The position numbers were made by a program, and so were the translations under genes. The notes under the pieces are model-generated. The model did no database searches and had not been told where the DNA came from. It worked only from the letters and a program-made list of their open reading frames with translations. A stretch of 64,000 nt of DNA from Candidatus Omnitrophota bacterium (GTDB lineage Bacteria; Omnitrophota; Gorgyraeia; Duberdicusellales; 4484-171), in assembly GCA_043815185.1 (NCBI GenBank), contig JBDRJF010000005.1, forward strand, positions 3,407-67,406, in the 5' to 3' direction. Of the stretch, positions 23,965-31,634 are shown one piece after another; positions within the stretch are counted from its first letter, which is position 1; each line of letters starts with the position of its first letter.

Positions 23965-24945
23965 TTAGTTAATCAAACCGCTGTTTATAACCGTATTCGG
24001 TTCGAATCTAGATCTTACTGCCCCCATCAATTGGCCGATAGAATCCATACTCTTATTCTGAAGCAAGATATACTCTAACTCGTTGTATACCTCATCCAGA
24101 GATTGAGGTACTCCTTTTTGGACATCATCAACCTTAAGAATATAATACTCCTCCTTGACCGGATCTTTAAAAACGCTGGAGGTGCCATCTTTATCTAAAC
24201 TAAAAGCCACTTCCCAGAACTTGGGAAATTTTAATCCTGGTTGTCTTACTAAATATTCCTGGTCGTTATGTTTTAGCAGCCCGCCGGCTGCTGCACTCTC
24301 AGTGAGAGAGTGCTGTGAGGCTAATTCATTAAAGTTACTTCCGCTAAGCAGCTGGATTAATAAATCCTTGGCTTTAGATTCTGAATCTACTACGATTTCC
24401 CTGATTTTTCTTCTCTCTATGCTCTCTAAAGTTCTTTTGTAGTCGTTATTATATAAATCCTCTACCTCTATGGGGGTTACATTAATATCCTTAAGGGTAT
24501 TTTTGAGCAAGGAAAAACCAAGAATCTCGACTGTGCTTTTTCTTATACCCTTTACCACTTCCGGGTCTCGATCTAATCCCCGCAGTTTAGCTTCTTGAGC
24601 TAGTAACTCCTGATTAATCATAAGTTCTAAATAAATCTTTTTGGTCTCAGGGGAGCTTAAATCAATCCTCTCCACTTGGGGAGATAGGAATGTACCGGCT
24701 AAAACTCCTAATGCCTGTACCGGAATTTTAGTGTTTCCTCCGTTGAGCTTAATCAACATATCTACCTGCTGATCAAACTCATCAATGGTTAATACCCAAT
24801 CATTTATTTTAACCAAAATAGGGCTGGTTGGTCCGATTACAGGAGTGGTTGGCGGAGAAACTTTCCTAAAACTAGGTAAGAGATCACAACCTAAGAAACT
24901 CAAGGCAAAAACAACGGCTACAATAACAAAATATATCCTTTTCAT
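23965..24945 (-). CDS. Lipoprotein peptidyl-prolyl isomerase (parvulin/SurA-PrsA-like)
   Basis: 326 aa. Lipobox SFLGC. Parvulin-like segment REIVVDSESKAKDLLIQLLSGSNFNELASQHSLTESAAAGGLL. First gene of the machinery operon. Confidence 0.6.
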   Translation of the reverse strand: MKRIYFVIVAVVFALSFLGCDLLPSFRKVSPPTTPVIGPTSPILVKINDWVLTIDEFDQQVDMLIKLNGGNTKIPVQALGVLAGTFLSPQVERIDLSSPETKKIYLELMINQELLAQEAKLRGLDRDPEVVKGIRKSTVEILGFSLLKNTLKDINVTPIEVEDLYNNDYKRTLESIERRKIREIVVDSESKAKDLLIQLLSGSNFNELASQHSLTESAAAGGLLKHNDQEYLVRQPGLKFPKFWEVAFSLDKDGTSSVFKDPVKEEYYILKVDDVQKGVPQSLDEVYNELEYILLQNKSMDSIGQLMGAVRSRFEPNTVINSGLIN

Positions 24946-25149
24946 TTAAAACCCCCCTTTTATCGGCCAAGAGCTTGCTGCTCCATACTATATTATTTAT
25001 AATAAGTTTAACAACAAAGAGTTCTAAAATCAAGCTTTTTTTAAAGAAATCCACCGTTTTTATCTCAATGATTTAGGGGCGCTCCTTGCGGTCGCCCTTT
25101 TAATAATTAATAAAGGGATGGGACAAGTGTTAATGCTCACTAATTAATG

Positions 25150-25178
25150 TTGCCTTTATCGAAATTATAGTTTAGAAT
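25150..25178 (+). promoter_or_regulatory. Sigma70-type promoter giving a (near-)leaderless transcript for the HARP gene
   Basis: TTGCCT (25150-25155), 17 nt, TAGAAT (25173-25178). The ATG at 25188 is only 9 nt after the -10 box, with no Shine-Dalgarno. Confidence 0.45.
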
Positions 25179-25187
25179 ATTAAGCAA

Positions 25188-25778
25188 ATGAAAAAATCTC
25201 TAAATATAGTCTTAGATACTAGTATTTTTGTTAATCCTGATTCCCGAGTTCATTTCGGGAATACACCCAAGGCAGCTTTCTCTAATTTCTTAGACCACTT
25301 AAAGGATAAAAAACATATTAACTGCTATATCCCTCCCTCAGTATATGAAGAGTTAGCAAAATTCATCGAAAGATTACCCCCGGCAGATAAACTAATTTTA
25401 ATCAACAAAAAACCCCCTGCTTCTTATCAAACCCCGGTCCCAAGCTTATTAGTATATGAATTCATTGAGGAAATGCGCCTAAGAGTCAACAAAGGCCTGC
25501 GAATCGCTGAAAAATATGCCCATAAAGGAATAACCGTGGCCGGGGAGACTAATAAGGAAAAGTACGAAGAATTAATAAAAAGTCTGCGCGGTGAATACCG
25601 CAGTGCTCTGCGCGAAGGAATTATTGACAGCAAAGAAGATTTTGACTTAATCCTTCTGGCCAAAGAAATAAATGCTTATCTCGCTACCTCTGATCTGGGA
25701 TTGGTAAGGTGGGCTCAAAAGTTAGGCCTAACCTGCATCAACGCTTGGGAACTTAAAGAAATAGTGATTAAGCCTTAA
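25188..25778 (+). CDS. RNA-free (protein-only) RNase P of the HARP / UPF0278 PIN-like family
   Basis: 196 aa. [63 protein letters not shown] and [17 protein letters not shown] match blocks I recall from Aquifex Aq_880 and archaeal RNA-ligase-partner homologues ([46 protein letters not shown]). Confidence 0.75.
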   Translation: [196 protein letters not shown]

Positions 25779-26784
25779 TAATAGAGGTAACGATTTCGCG
25801 GGTAATATCCTGAATAGTGATTATTCCGTAAATTTTTCTGCCCTTTAAAACCAAAGCGATACTTTCTTTCTGGGACTTTAATTTTGTAAAAATTTTGTGA
25901 AGCTTATGATTAAAACCAACTTTGACTATCGGCCTTATAAATTGCTGCCAGCTTATTCCGCCTTGGTAAAATAAATCATAAATATTTACATAACCGATAA
26001 TTTCTTTATTCTTTCCTCCAGAGGTAGATCCGTCCTTTCGGCCTGAGGCTAAGGCTGGGGCTGGGGCGGAATATACCGGATAACGGGTAAAACGATATTG
26101 CTTAACCGTGGCCAGAATAGTTTTATAGGAGTCGGCATAGTCAAAAGCAATTATTTTTTTACCCCTGACACAAACATCTTTAATCCGTTCCCTTCTGAAT
26201 TCAAAAACTTCCTCAATCGCTTCTTTCTCGCCCCGGTCAATACCTCCTTGTTTCTCTATCTCTTTAACCAAAAATTTTATCTCCTCTTTAGTTACAAAAA
26301 AAGAGCGGGGCTTAGCCTTTCTTGCAAAAATTTTTACTAAAAACTTACTAACTGCTTCGATACTTTTTACAATCGGTAAGAATAATTTTTCGAAAAAACT
26401 AATTAAGCCTACTACTTGACAGCTAAAATCCTCCTTGAGGAAGCGGCCGATATTCTTAGGGATAAGTTCAGCAAAAATCACTACAATTGGCGTAAAGATA
26501 AAGGTAATCCATAGGTTGCTTAATCTTAAGCCCCGGTTAATTAGAAAAAAGGTAAGAAAACTAGTACTTAATACCAAAGATATGTTTGTCCCAACCAGGG
26601 TGGTAACCAAAAACCTATGGGGATTTAAGATAAACTCATAGACTTTCCCAGCTTTTCTATCGCCTTTATTCTGGCGATGCCGCAACTTAAGAGCCGGGGA
26701 AGAGATAAAACTTATCTCGCTGGCAGCAAAAAATCCCTGGAGGATAACGAAAATTAGGCAACTTAATAAGTATAAGTAAATCAT
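25768..26784 (-). CDS. CNNM/CorC-family DUF21 + CBS-pair membrane protein
   Basis: 338 aa. DUF21 TM region with the ASEISFIS motif, then a CBS pair. CBS1 is interrupted by SAPAPALASGRKDGSTSGG (see repeat 26047-26080). No CorC_HlyC C-terminal domain. Confidence 0.7.
   Translation of the reverse strand: MIYLYLLSCLIFVILQGFFAASEISFISSPALKLRHRQNKGDRKAGKVYEFILNPHRFLVTTLVGTNISLVLSTSFLTFFLINRGLRLSNLWITFIFTPIVVIFAELIPKNIGRFLKEDFSCQVVGLISFFEKLFLPIVKSIEAVSKFLVKIFARKAKPRSFFVTKEEIKFLVKEIEKQGGIDRGEKEAIEEVFEFRRERIKDVCVRGKKIIAFDYADSYKTILATVKQYRFTRYPVYSAPAPALASGRKDGSTSGGKNKEIIGYVNIYDLFYQGGISWQQFIRPIVKVGFNHKLHKIFTKLKSQKESIALVLKGRKIYGIITIQDITREIVTSIIKA
26047..26080 (-). repeat. GC-rich in-frame insertion, short member of an RPE-like family
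   Basis: Minus strand CCGCCCCAGCC-ccagccttagcc-TCAGGCCGAAA. Both 11-mers recur in the same order in bioC (58842-58908). Contains cttagcctca, also present in the REP. Confidence 0.55.
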
Positions 26785-26812
26785 ATCTTTAAAAAATTAA
26801 AAGTTAAATATA

Positions 26813-26894
26813 AAAAACCAAAAACACAGATCAAATACGTAAAAACATTTTTGTATTTTTAATATGTGTATTTAATATTTAATTTTTGGTTTTT
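26813..26894. repeat. AT-rich inverted repeat between the two CNNM genes
   Basis: aaaaaccaaaaa (26813-26824) and tttttggttttt (26883-26894) are perfect 12-nt inverted repeats 58 nt apart. The interior is also partly self-complementary (aaatac / gtattt words). Confidence 0.6.
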
Positions 26895-26912
26895 AATCTT
26901 CGAATTACGTTT

Positions 26913-28127
26913 TTATTTTTTCGCTTCTATTATTACGCTGACAATTCTTCTAGCCGTAGCCCGCTCTATGGTAAATTCTACTCTTTTGAATTTTAATTTT
27001 TCCCCTGACCGGGGTATTCTTTCCATTTGCGAAAGTAAGAACCCGGCAATAGTATCTTCTTGCTCAGGCAAGTTTAGGCCTAATTCTAAATTTACGGTTT
27101 TGATATTTGTCTTTCCATAAACCCTATAGCGTTTATCTTCTATAGATTCTATCTGCTCCTGAATGCTTTCAAATTCATCATAGATTTCCCCAAATATCTC
27201 CTCAATAATATCCTCGACAGTAATTAAACCTTCAGTTCCTCCATATTCATCTAAAACAATGGCAATTCTCTCATCTTTGGCTAAAAACAACTTTAAGATA
27301 TCGTCAATTCCTTTGCTTTCGGGAATAAATATCGGTTTATGCAAAAAGCCATGATAATCCTTATCGGGCTCAAGAAAAACATCTTTAGCGTAAAGAACGC
27401 CGACAATATTATCTAACGACCCCTCATATACAGGGAATTTAGAGTGTTTCCGCTTACGCAGAAAGCTTATTATATCTTTCTGGTTTAAGCTAGTATCAAT
27501 TCCCTGGATATCAATACGGGCCGTCAATATTTCACTGGCCTTAGTATCCTTAAACTCTAAAACATGGCTAATCATTTTTTCTTCCTGAGCCGAAATTTGG
27601 CCATCCTTCTTGCTTAAAAGAAGAGCACCCCTAAATTCTTCATCGCTTAAGGTGGATTTTTTAGGTTTACGGATAATCAGGGAAGAAAAAATCCTGGCTA
27701 TTCCTTCGATAGCAATAATAAAGGGAAAGAAGAGCCGGGAAAAGATATTTAAGAATGGGGCAAGGGTTAAAGATAACTTCTCTGCCGTATATATTGCTAT
27801 TGTCTTGGGAAAAATTTCGCCTAAAAACAAAATAAGTGTACCACTGGCTAAAACTGCTATAACCAGTCCGTTTTTCCCCCAAGCCTGAACCGAAATCGCT
27901 GTGGCTAAGGAAGCCAGGCTAATATTAACTAGCATATTTCCAAAAACAATAGCGGAAAGCAGGCGAGTAGGGCGCTGGAGTAGGCTTTTGATTATTTTTC
28001 CTTGAGGATATTTCGCAGTAATCCGGCGTAATTTTAAGTCACTGAGAGAAAAAATTGCTGTCTCAGAGCCGGAGAAGAAAGCTGAAAGTATAATAAAAAT
28101 TAAAAAGAGAGAAATATTAACTAACAT
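26913..28127 (-). CDS. CNNM/CorC-family protein (DUF21 + CBS pair + CorC_HlyC)
   Basis: 404 aa. GSETAIFSL motif, a CBS pair, and a C-terminal transporter-associated domain (RYRVYGKTNIKTVNLELGLNLPEQEDTIAGFLL...FTIERATARRI). Confidence 0.8.
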   Translation of the reverse strand: MLVNISLFLIFIILSAFFSGSETAIFSLSDLKLRRITAKYPQGKIIKSLLQRPTRLLSAIVFGNMLVNISLASLATAISVQAWGKNGLVIAVLASGTLILFLGEIFPKTIAIYTAEKLSLTLAPFLNIFSRLFFPFIIAIEGIARIFSSLIIRKPKKSTLSDEEFRGALLLSKKDGQISAQEEKMISHVLEFKDTKASEILTARIDIQGIDTSLNQKDIISFLRKRKHSKFPVYEGSLDNIVGVLYAKDVFLEPDKDYHGFLHKPIFIPESKGIDDILKLFLAKDERIAIVLDEYGGTEGLITVEDIIEEIFGEIYDEFESIQEQIESIEDKRYRVYGKTNIKTVNLELGLNLPEQEDTIAGFLLSQMERIPRSGEKLKFKRVEFTIERATARRIVSVIIEAKK

Positions 28128-29001
28128 CTCTAATATTGCCGAGGTAAACGAAACTTAAACCGGCTTCTCTACCTAGGGTTTCTGCTTTTTTTAAAGTTTC
28201 GATCGGGGTTAGTTTATGATTAATGAACTGATAATCGGGATGAAAACGGCTTATGTGCCAAGGTATATCTTCTCCAACATTAGCAATAAATTGGGCTATA
28301 TCAGCCAACTCGGAAGAAGAATCGTTTTCCCCGGGAATAATTAAAGTAGATATCTCTATCCAAATACCTAAACTTTTAGCCAGCTTAATTGAATCCAAGA
28401 CTGGTTTTAGGTGTCCTTGACAATGCTTTAGATAGAACTTCTCTTGAAAACTTTTAAGGTCTATGTTGGCCGCATCCAAATAAGGATTGATAGCCACAAG
28501 CGCTTCTTTGCTCATATAGCCATTGGTTACAAAAACATTCTTCAATCCCGCCTGTTTAGCTAACTTGGCAGTATCATAAGCATACTCAAAGAAAATCGTA
28601 GGTTCGCTATAAGTATAAGAGATACTCTGGCAATGATTTTCCTCTGCTTTCTCGACTACTGCCGCCGGCATCAACTCACTGCCTTCCTGAAAATCATAGC
28701 TTCTTGGTTTTTGAGAAATCTGCCAATTCTGACAAAAACCACAGCGGAAATTACAGCCTGGGGTGGCTATCGAGAAAGATCTACTCCCGGGAAGAAAATG
28801 ATAGAGAGGTTTTTTCTCAATCGGGTCAACATTGGCAGCTATAGCCTTAGCGTAAACTAAGCTATTGAGATTACCTCCGATATTTTGCCTTACCCCGCAG
28901 AAACCTAATTTATCGGGAGCAATCTTACAGTGGTGGGCACAAAGATAACAACGCACTATATCTTTCTTGAACTTCTCATAGAACATTGCTTCTTTGATCA
29001 T
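28117..29001 (-). CDS. amrS: AmmeMemoRadiSam-system radical SAM enzyme
   Basis: CYLCAHHCKI...GFCGVRQN...DPIEKKPLYHFLPGS...GCNFRCGFCQNWQISQ. Probable start is ATG 29001 (MIKEAMFYEK); the track start 29037 is TTG and overlaps the upstream gene. Confidence 0.8.
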   Translation of the reverse strand: MIKEAMFYEKFKKDIVRCYLCAHHCKIAPDKLGFCGVRQNIGGNLNSLVYAKAIAANVDPIEKKPLYHFLPGSRSFSIATPGCNFRCGFCQNWQISQKPRSYDFQEGSELMPAAVVEKAEENHCQSISYTYSEPTIFFEYAYDTAKLAKQAGLKNVFVTNGYMSKEALVAINPYLDAANIDLKSFQEKFYLKHCQGHLKPVLDSIKLAKSLGIWIEISTLIIPGENDSSSELADIAQFIANVGEDIPWHISRFHPDYQFINHKLTPIETLKKAETLGREAGLSFVYLGNIRDVS

Positions 29002-29014
29002 TCTATTTTCACGG

Positions 29015-29542
29015 TTAACCTTTAAGGCACTGTTCAAATTTTCTGGCTAATAAATAAAAAAGGTCGGAGAGCCTATTTAAATAAGTTAAAATATACTTAT
29101 TCCTGAGGAGTTTTTTCCGGCTTAAGGTTATAACCCTTCTTTCGGCTCTTCTGGTTACAGCCCGGCATATATCCAAGCTGCTGGCGAGTGTGTTTTCCCC
29201 GGGGAGCTGAAAACAGCCTATTTTTAAATTTTTTTCGTCTTCCAAACCCTTTATAATTTTATCAATACAGCCAATGAAACTGTTATCTATCCTTTGTTTA
29301 AGTTTATTTAATGATTTAGTCTCAGTTACTATCTCGGTACCCAATATAAATAAATTCTTCTGTATGTCCTCGATAATCTTTTTGGCCTGCCGATCTTTAA
29401 TCATACTTTTTGATAAACCTAAACAAGAAGACAGCTCGTCAAGGGTCCCGCAAGCTTCTATTCTTATATGATCTTTACTTACCCTTGGCCCTTGCCAGAG
29501 ACCAGTCTTACCCTTATCGCCCTTTTTGGTTACTATACTCAA
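29015..29542 (-). CDS. pduO: PduO-type ATP:cob(I)alamin adenosyltransferase
   Basis: 175 aa. TKKGDKGKTGL...RIEACGTLDELSSCLG...CRAVTRRAERR pattern; TTG start. Confidence 0.8.
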   Translation of the reverse strand: MSIVTKKGDKGKTGLWQGPRVSKDHIRIEACGTLDELSSCLGLSKSMIKDRQAKKIIEDIQKNLFILGTEIVTETKSLNKLKQRIDNSFIGCIDKIIKGLEDEKNLKIGCFQLPGENTLASSLDICRAVTRRAERRVITLSRKKLLRNKYILTYLNRLSDLFYLLARKFEQCLKG

Positions 29543-29600
29543 AATCTCCTTTGGGTTTAGAACTTAATTATAATGTGCCTGTTGGATTTCTTCAAACTAA

Positions 29601-30155
29601 TTAAGCCTGGATAAGGCTTAAGGCTTCCTGCCGGCTTTTAGCATTACTTCTAAATACCCCTCTTACTACCGAAGTGGTAGTAACTGCTCCCGGTTTCTTA
29701 ATCCCGCGCATGGACATACAAAGATGCTCAGCTTCAATTACTACCATTACTCCTTTGGGTTTTAACTTCTTCATAATTACGTCAGCAATCTCTGTAGTAA
29801 GCCGCTCCTGAACCTGCAGACGTTTGGCTAAAGTATCTACAACCCTGGCTATCTTGCTTAAACCAGTAATTCTTTTATCGGGAATATAAGCTATATGAGC
29901 TTTGCCGATAAAAGGAAGAAGATGGTGTTCGCAGAGAGAATATAAAGAAATGTCTTTTAGAAGAATAATCTCATCGTGCTTCTGCTCTAGTATTACCTCA
30001 AGCTCATCGCTAGCATCCTTAAATTGCCCGGCCAAGATTTCTTCATACATCTGGGCAACCCTCTTAGGCGTGGTCGCGATATCTTTTAATTCCAAATTCG
30101 CGCCCACCGCTTCTAAAACTAACCGGATTCCCTTCTCAATTTTTTTCTTATCCAT
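29601..30155 (-). CDS. folE: GTP cyclohydrolase I
   Basis: 184 aa. [45 protein letters not shown] motifs. Confidence 0.9.
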   Translation of the reverse strand: MDKKKIEKGIRLVLEAVGANLELKDIATTPKRVAQMYEEILAGQFKDASDELEVILEQKHDEIILLKDISLYSLCEHHLLPFIGKAHIAYIPDKRITGLSKIARVVDTLAKRLQVQERLTTEIADVIMKKLKPKGVMVVIEAEHLCMSMRGIKKPGAVTTTSVVRGVFRSNAKSRQEALSLIQA

Positions 30156-30172
30156 ATCTCCTCCTCAATGAC

Positions 30173-30185
30173 CCGCCTTAGGCGG
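30173..30185. repeat. Short hairpin motif CCGCCTTAGGCGG (copy 2 of 2)
   Basis: Identical to 10983-10995. Sits in the 38-nt mnmE-folE spacer. Confidence 0.5.
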
Positions 30186-30193
30186 AGAATTGA

Positions 30194-31600
30194 TCATTTC
30201 CCAATACAAAAATTACTAAAAATACTCTCTAAAATCTCCTCAGAAATTACTTCTCCGCTAAGCCGGCCTAAATTATCTAAACACAACTTTAATTCTAGAT
30301 TCATAAAATCTATAGGCTGCCCTTCACCCAGGAAGGTCTTTACCTGTTTAAGGCTGACTCTTACCTTATCTAAAATCTGCTTCTGATAATGGCTAAGAAA
30401 AATAATGTTTTCCCGTCCTACCCCTTTTTTATAAACTACTCTGTAAATAGCCTTCTCTAAGCCAGCTAAACCTTTACCTTTTAAAGCGCTCATCTTCACT
30501 ATAACTGCTCCCGGCATCTCTCTTAAATCCAGGCGTTGGGATAAGTCGCTCTTATTTATTACGAAAATTACATTTTTGGCTTTTACTTTATCAAGGAGAA
30601 AAGAATCCTCGTTCCCTAAGCGGCGTGAGCCATCAAGAACTAAAATAACTAAATCGCTCTTCCGGAAAATATCTAAAGACTGCTTTAAAGCTTTCTTGGC
30701 TATTAAATCTTTGGGCTCTAAGATACCGGCCGTATCATAAATTCGAAGCGGCACACCTCTTATATTTATCGTCTCCTCAATTACATCACGGGTAGTGCCG
30801 GGTAATCGGCTCACAATAACCCTTTCTTTTTTGAGTAAACAATTAAACAGGGTGGATTTCCCGGCATTGGTCTTACCGCAGATAACACACTTAAGCCCCT
30901 CCCGCATAATTTCAGCTTCCTGGTAACCTTCAAGAAGATTAACTACCTCTTTCTCTATTTTAGCGATTTTTACTCCTAAGTCTAGCGGAACATCTTCAGC
31001 TACATCTTCGGGAAAATTCAGCCTACTCTCAGTCTCGATGAATAATTCTTTTATATTTTCCTTTAATCTCCTTATTTTTAAGGATGCCTGGCCTCTTAAT
31101 TGCCCGGCAGCCAAAACCAGAGTATCTTCACTCTTGGCCTCAATAATTCCTCGAATGCTCTCAGCTTGGAGCAGATCAATTCTCCCCCTCACTAAAGCTC
31201 GATAGGTAAACTCACCCGGCAGAGCCAGCCGAGCTCCGGATTTCAAAGATATCTCTAAAATCTTATTTACTACCGCAGCTCCTCCATGGGAAGATATCTC
31301 AACCACATCTTCCCGGGTATAAGTTGAGGGTTTACGCATGATGCTCAATAAAACTTCATCTATTATTTCCTCCCTCTTTTTTCTCCCCTTAGCTTTCTCT
31401 ATAATCCACCCATAGTGAAGAGTGTAGGTCCTGGCCTCTTTTATATTCTTTTTTCTGGCTGGCTTAAATATTTTAGCGGCGATTGTTAAAGCTTTGTTGC
31501 CGGACAGCTTAATTACTCCCAGAGCTGATTTACCGGGGAAAGTGGCAATAGCCGCAATAGTGTCCCCTACTTTGTAGTCCTTTAATCTAAATTCTCTCAT
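30194..31600 (-). CDS. mnmE: tRNA modification GTPase MnmE
   Basis: 468 aa. N-terminal DTIAAIAT, G-domain GKTNAGKSTLFN / DTAG, C-terminal FCIGK. Confidence 0.9.
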   Translation of the reverse strand: MREFRLKDYKVGDTIAAIATFPGKSALGVIKLSGNKALTIAAKIFKPARKKNIKEARTYTLHYGWIIEKAKGRKKREEIIDEVLLSIMRKPSTYTREDVVEISSHGGAAVVNKILEISLKSGARLALPGEFTYRALVRGRIDLLQAESIRGIIEAKSEDTLVLAAGQLRGQASLKIRRLKENIKELFIETESRLNFPEDVAEDVPLDLGVKIAKIEKEVVNLLEGYQEAEIMREGLKCVICGKTNAGKSTLFNCLLKKERVIVSRLPGTTRDVIEETINIRGVPLRIYDTAGILEPKDLIAKKALKQSLDIFRKSDLVILVLDGSRRLGNEDSFLLDKVKAKNVIFVINKSDLSQRLDLREMPGAVIVKMSALKGKGLAGLEKAIYRVVYKKGVGRENIIFLSHYQKQILDKVRVSLKQVKTFLGEGQPIDFMNLELKLCLDNLGRLSGEVISEEILESIFSNFCIGK

Positions 31601-31634
31601 CTTAAAAGCATTTTAATCTGACTTTCCCTTAAAC

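Noticed and set aside
25079-25104. ggggcgctccttgcggtcgccctttt hairpin plus T-run in the divergent PPIase/HARP spacer
   Set aside because: The stem is only 5 bp, there is no upstream plus-strand gene to terminate, and there is no second copy. The evidence is insufficient for an sRNA or terminator call.
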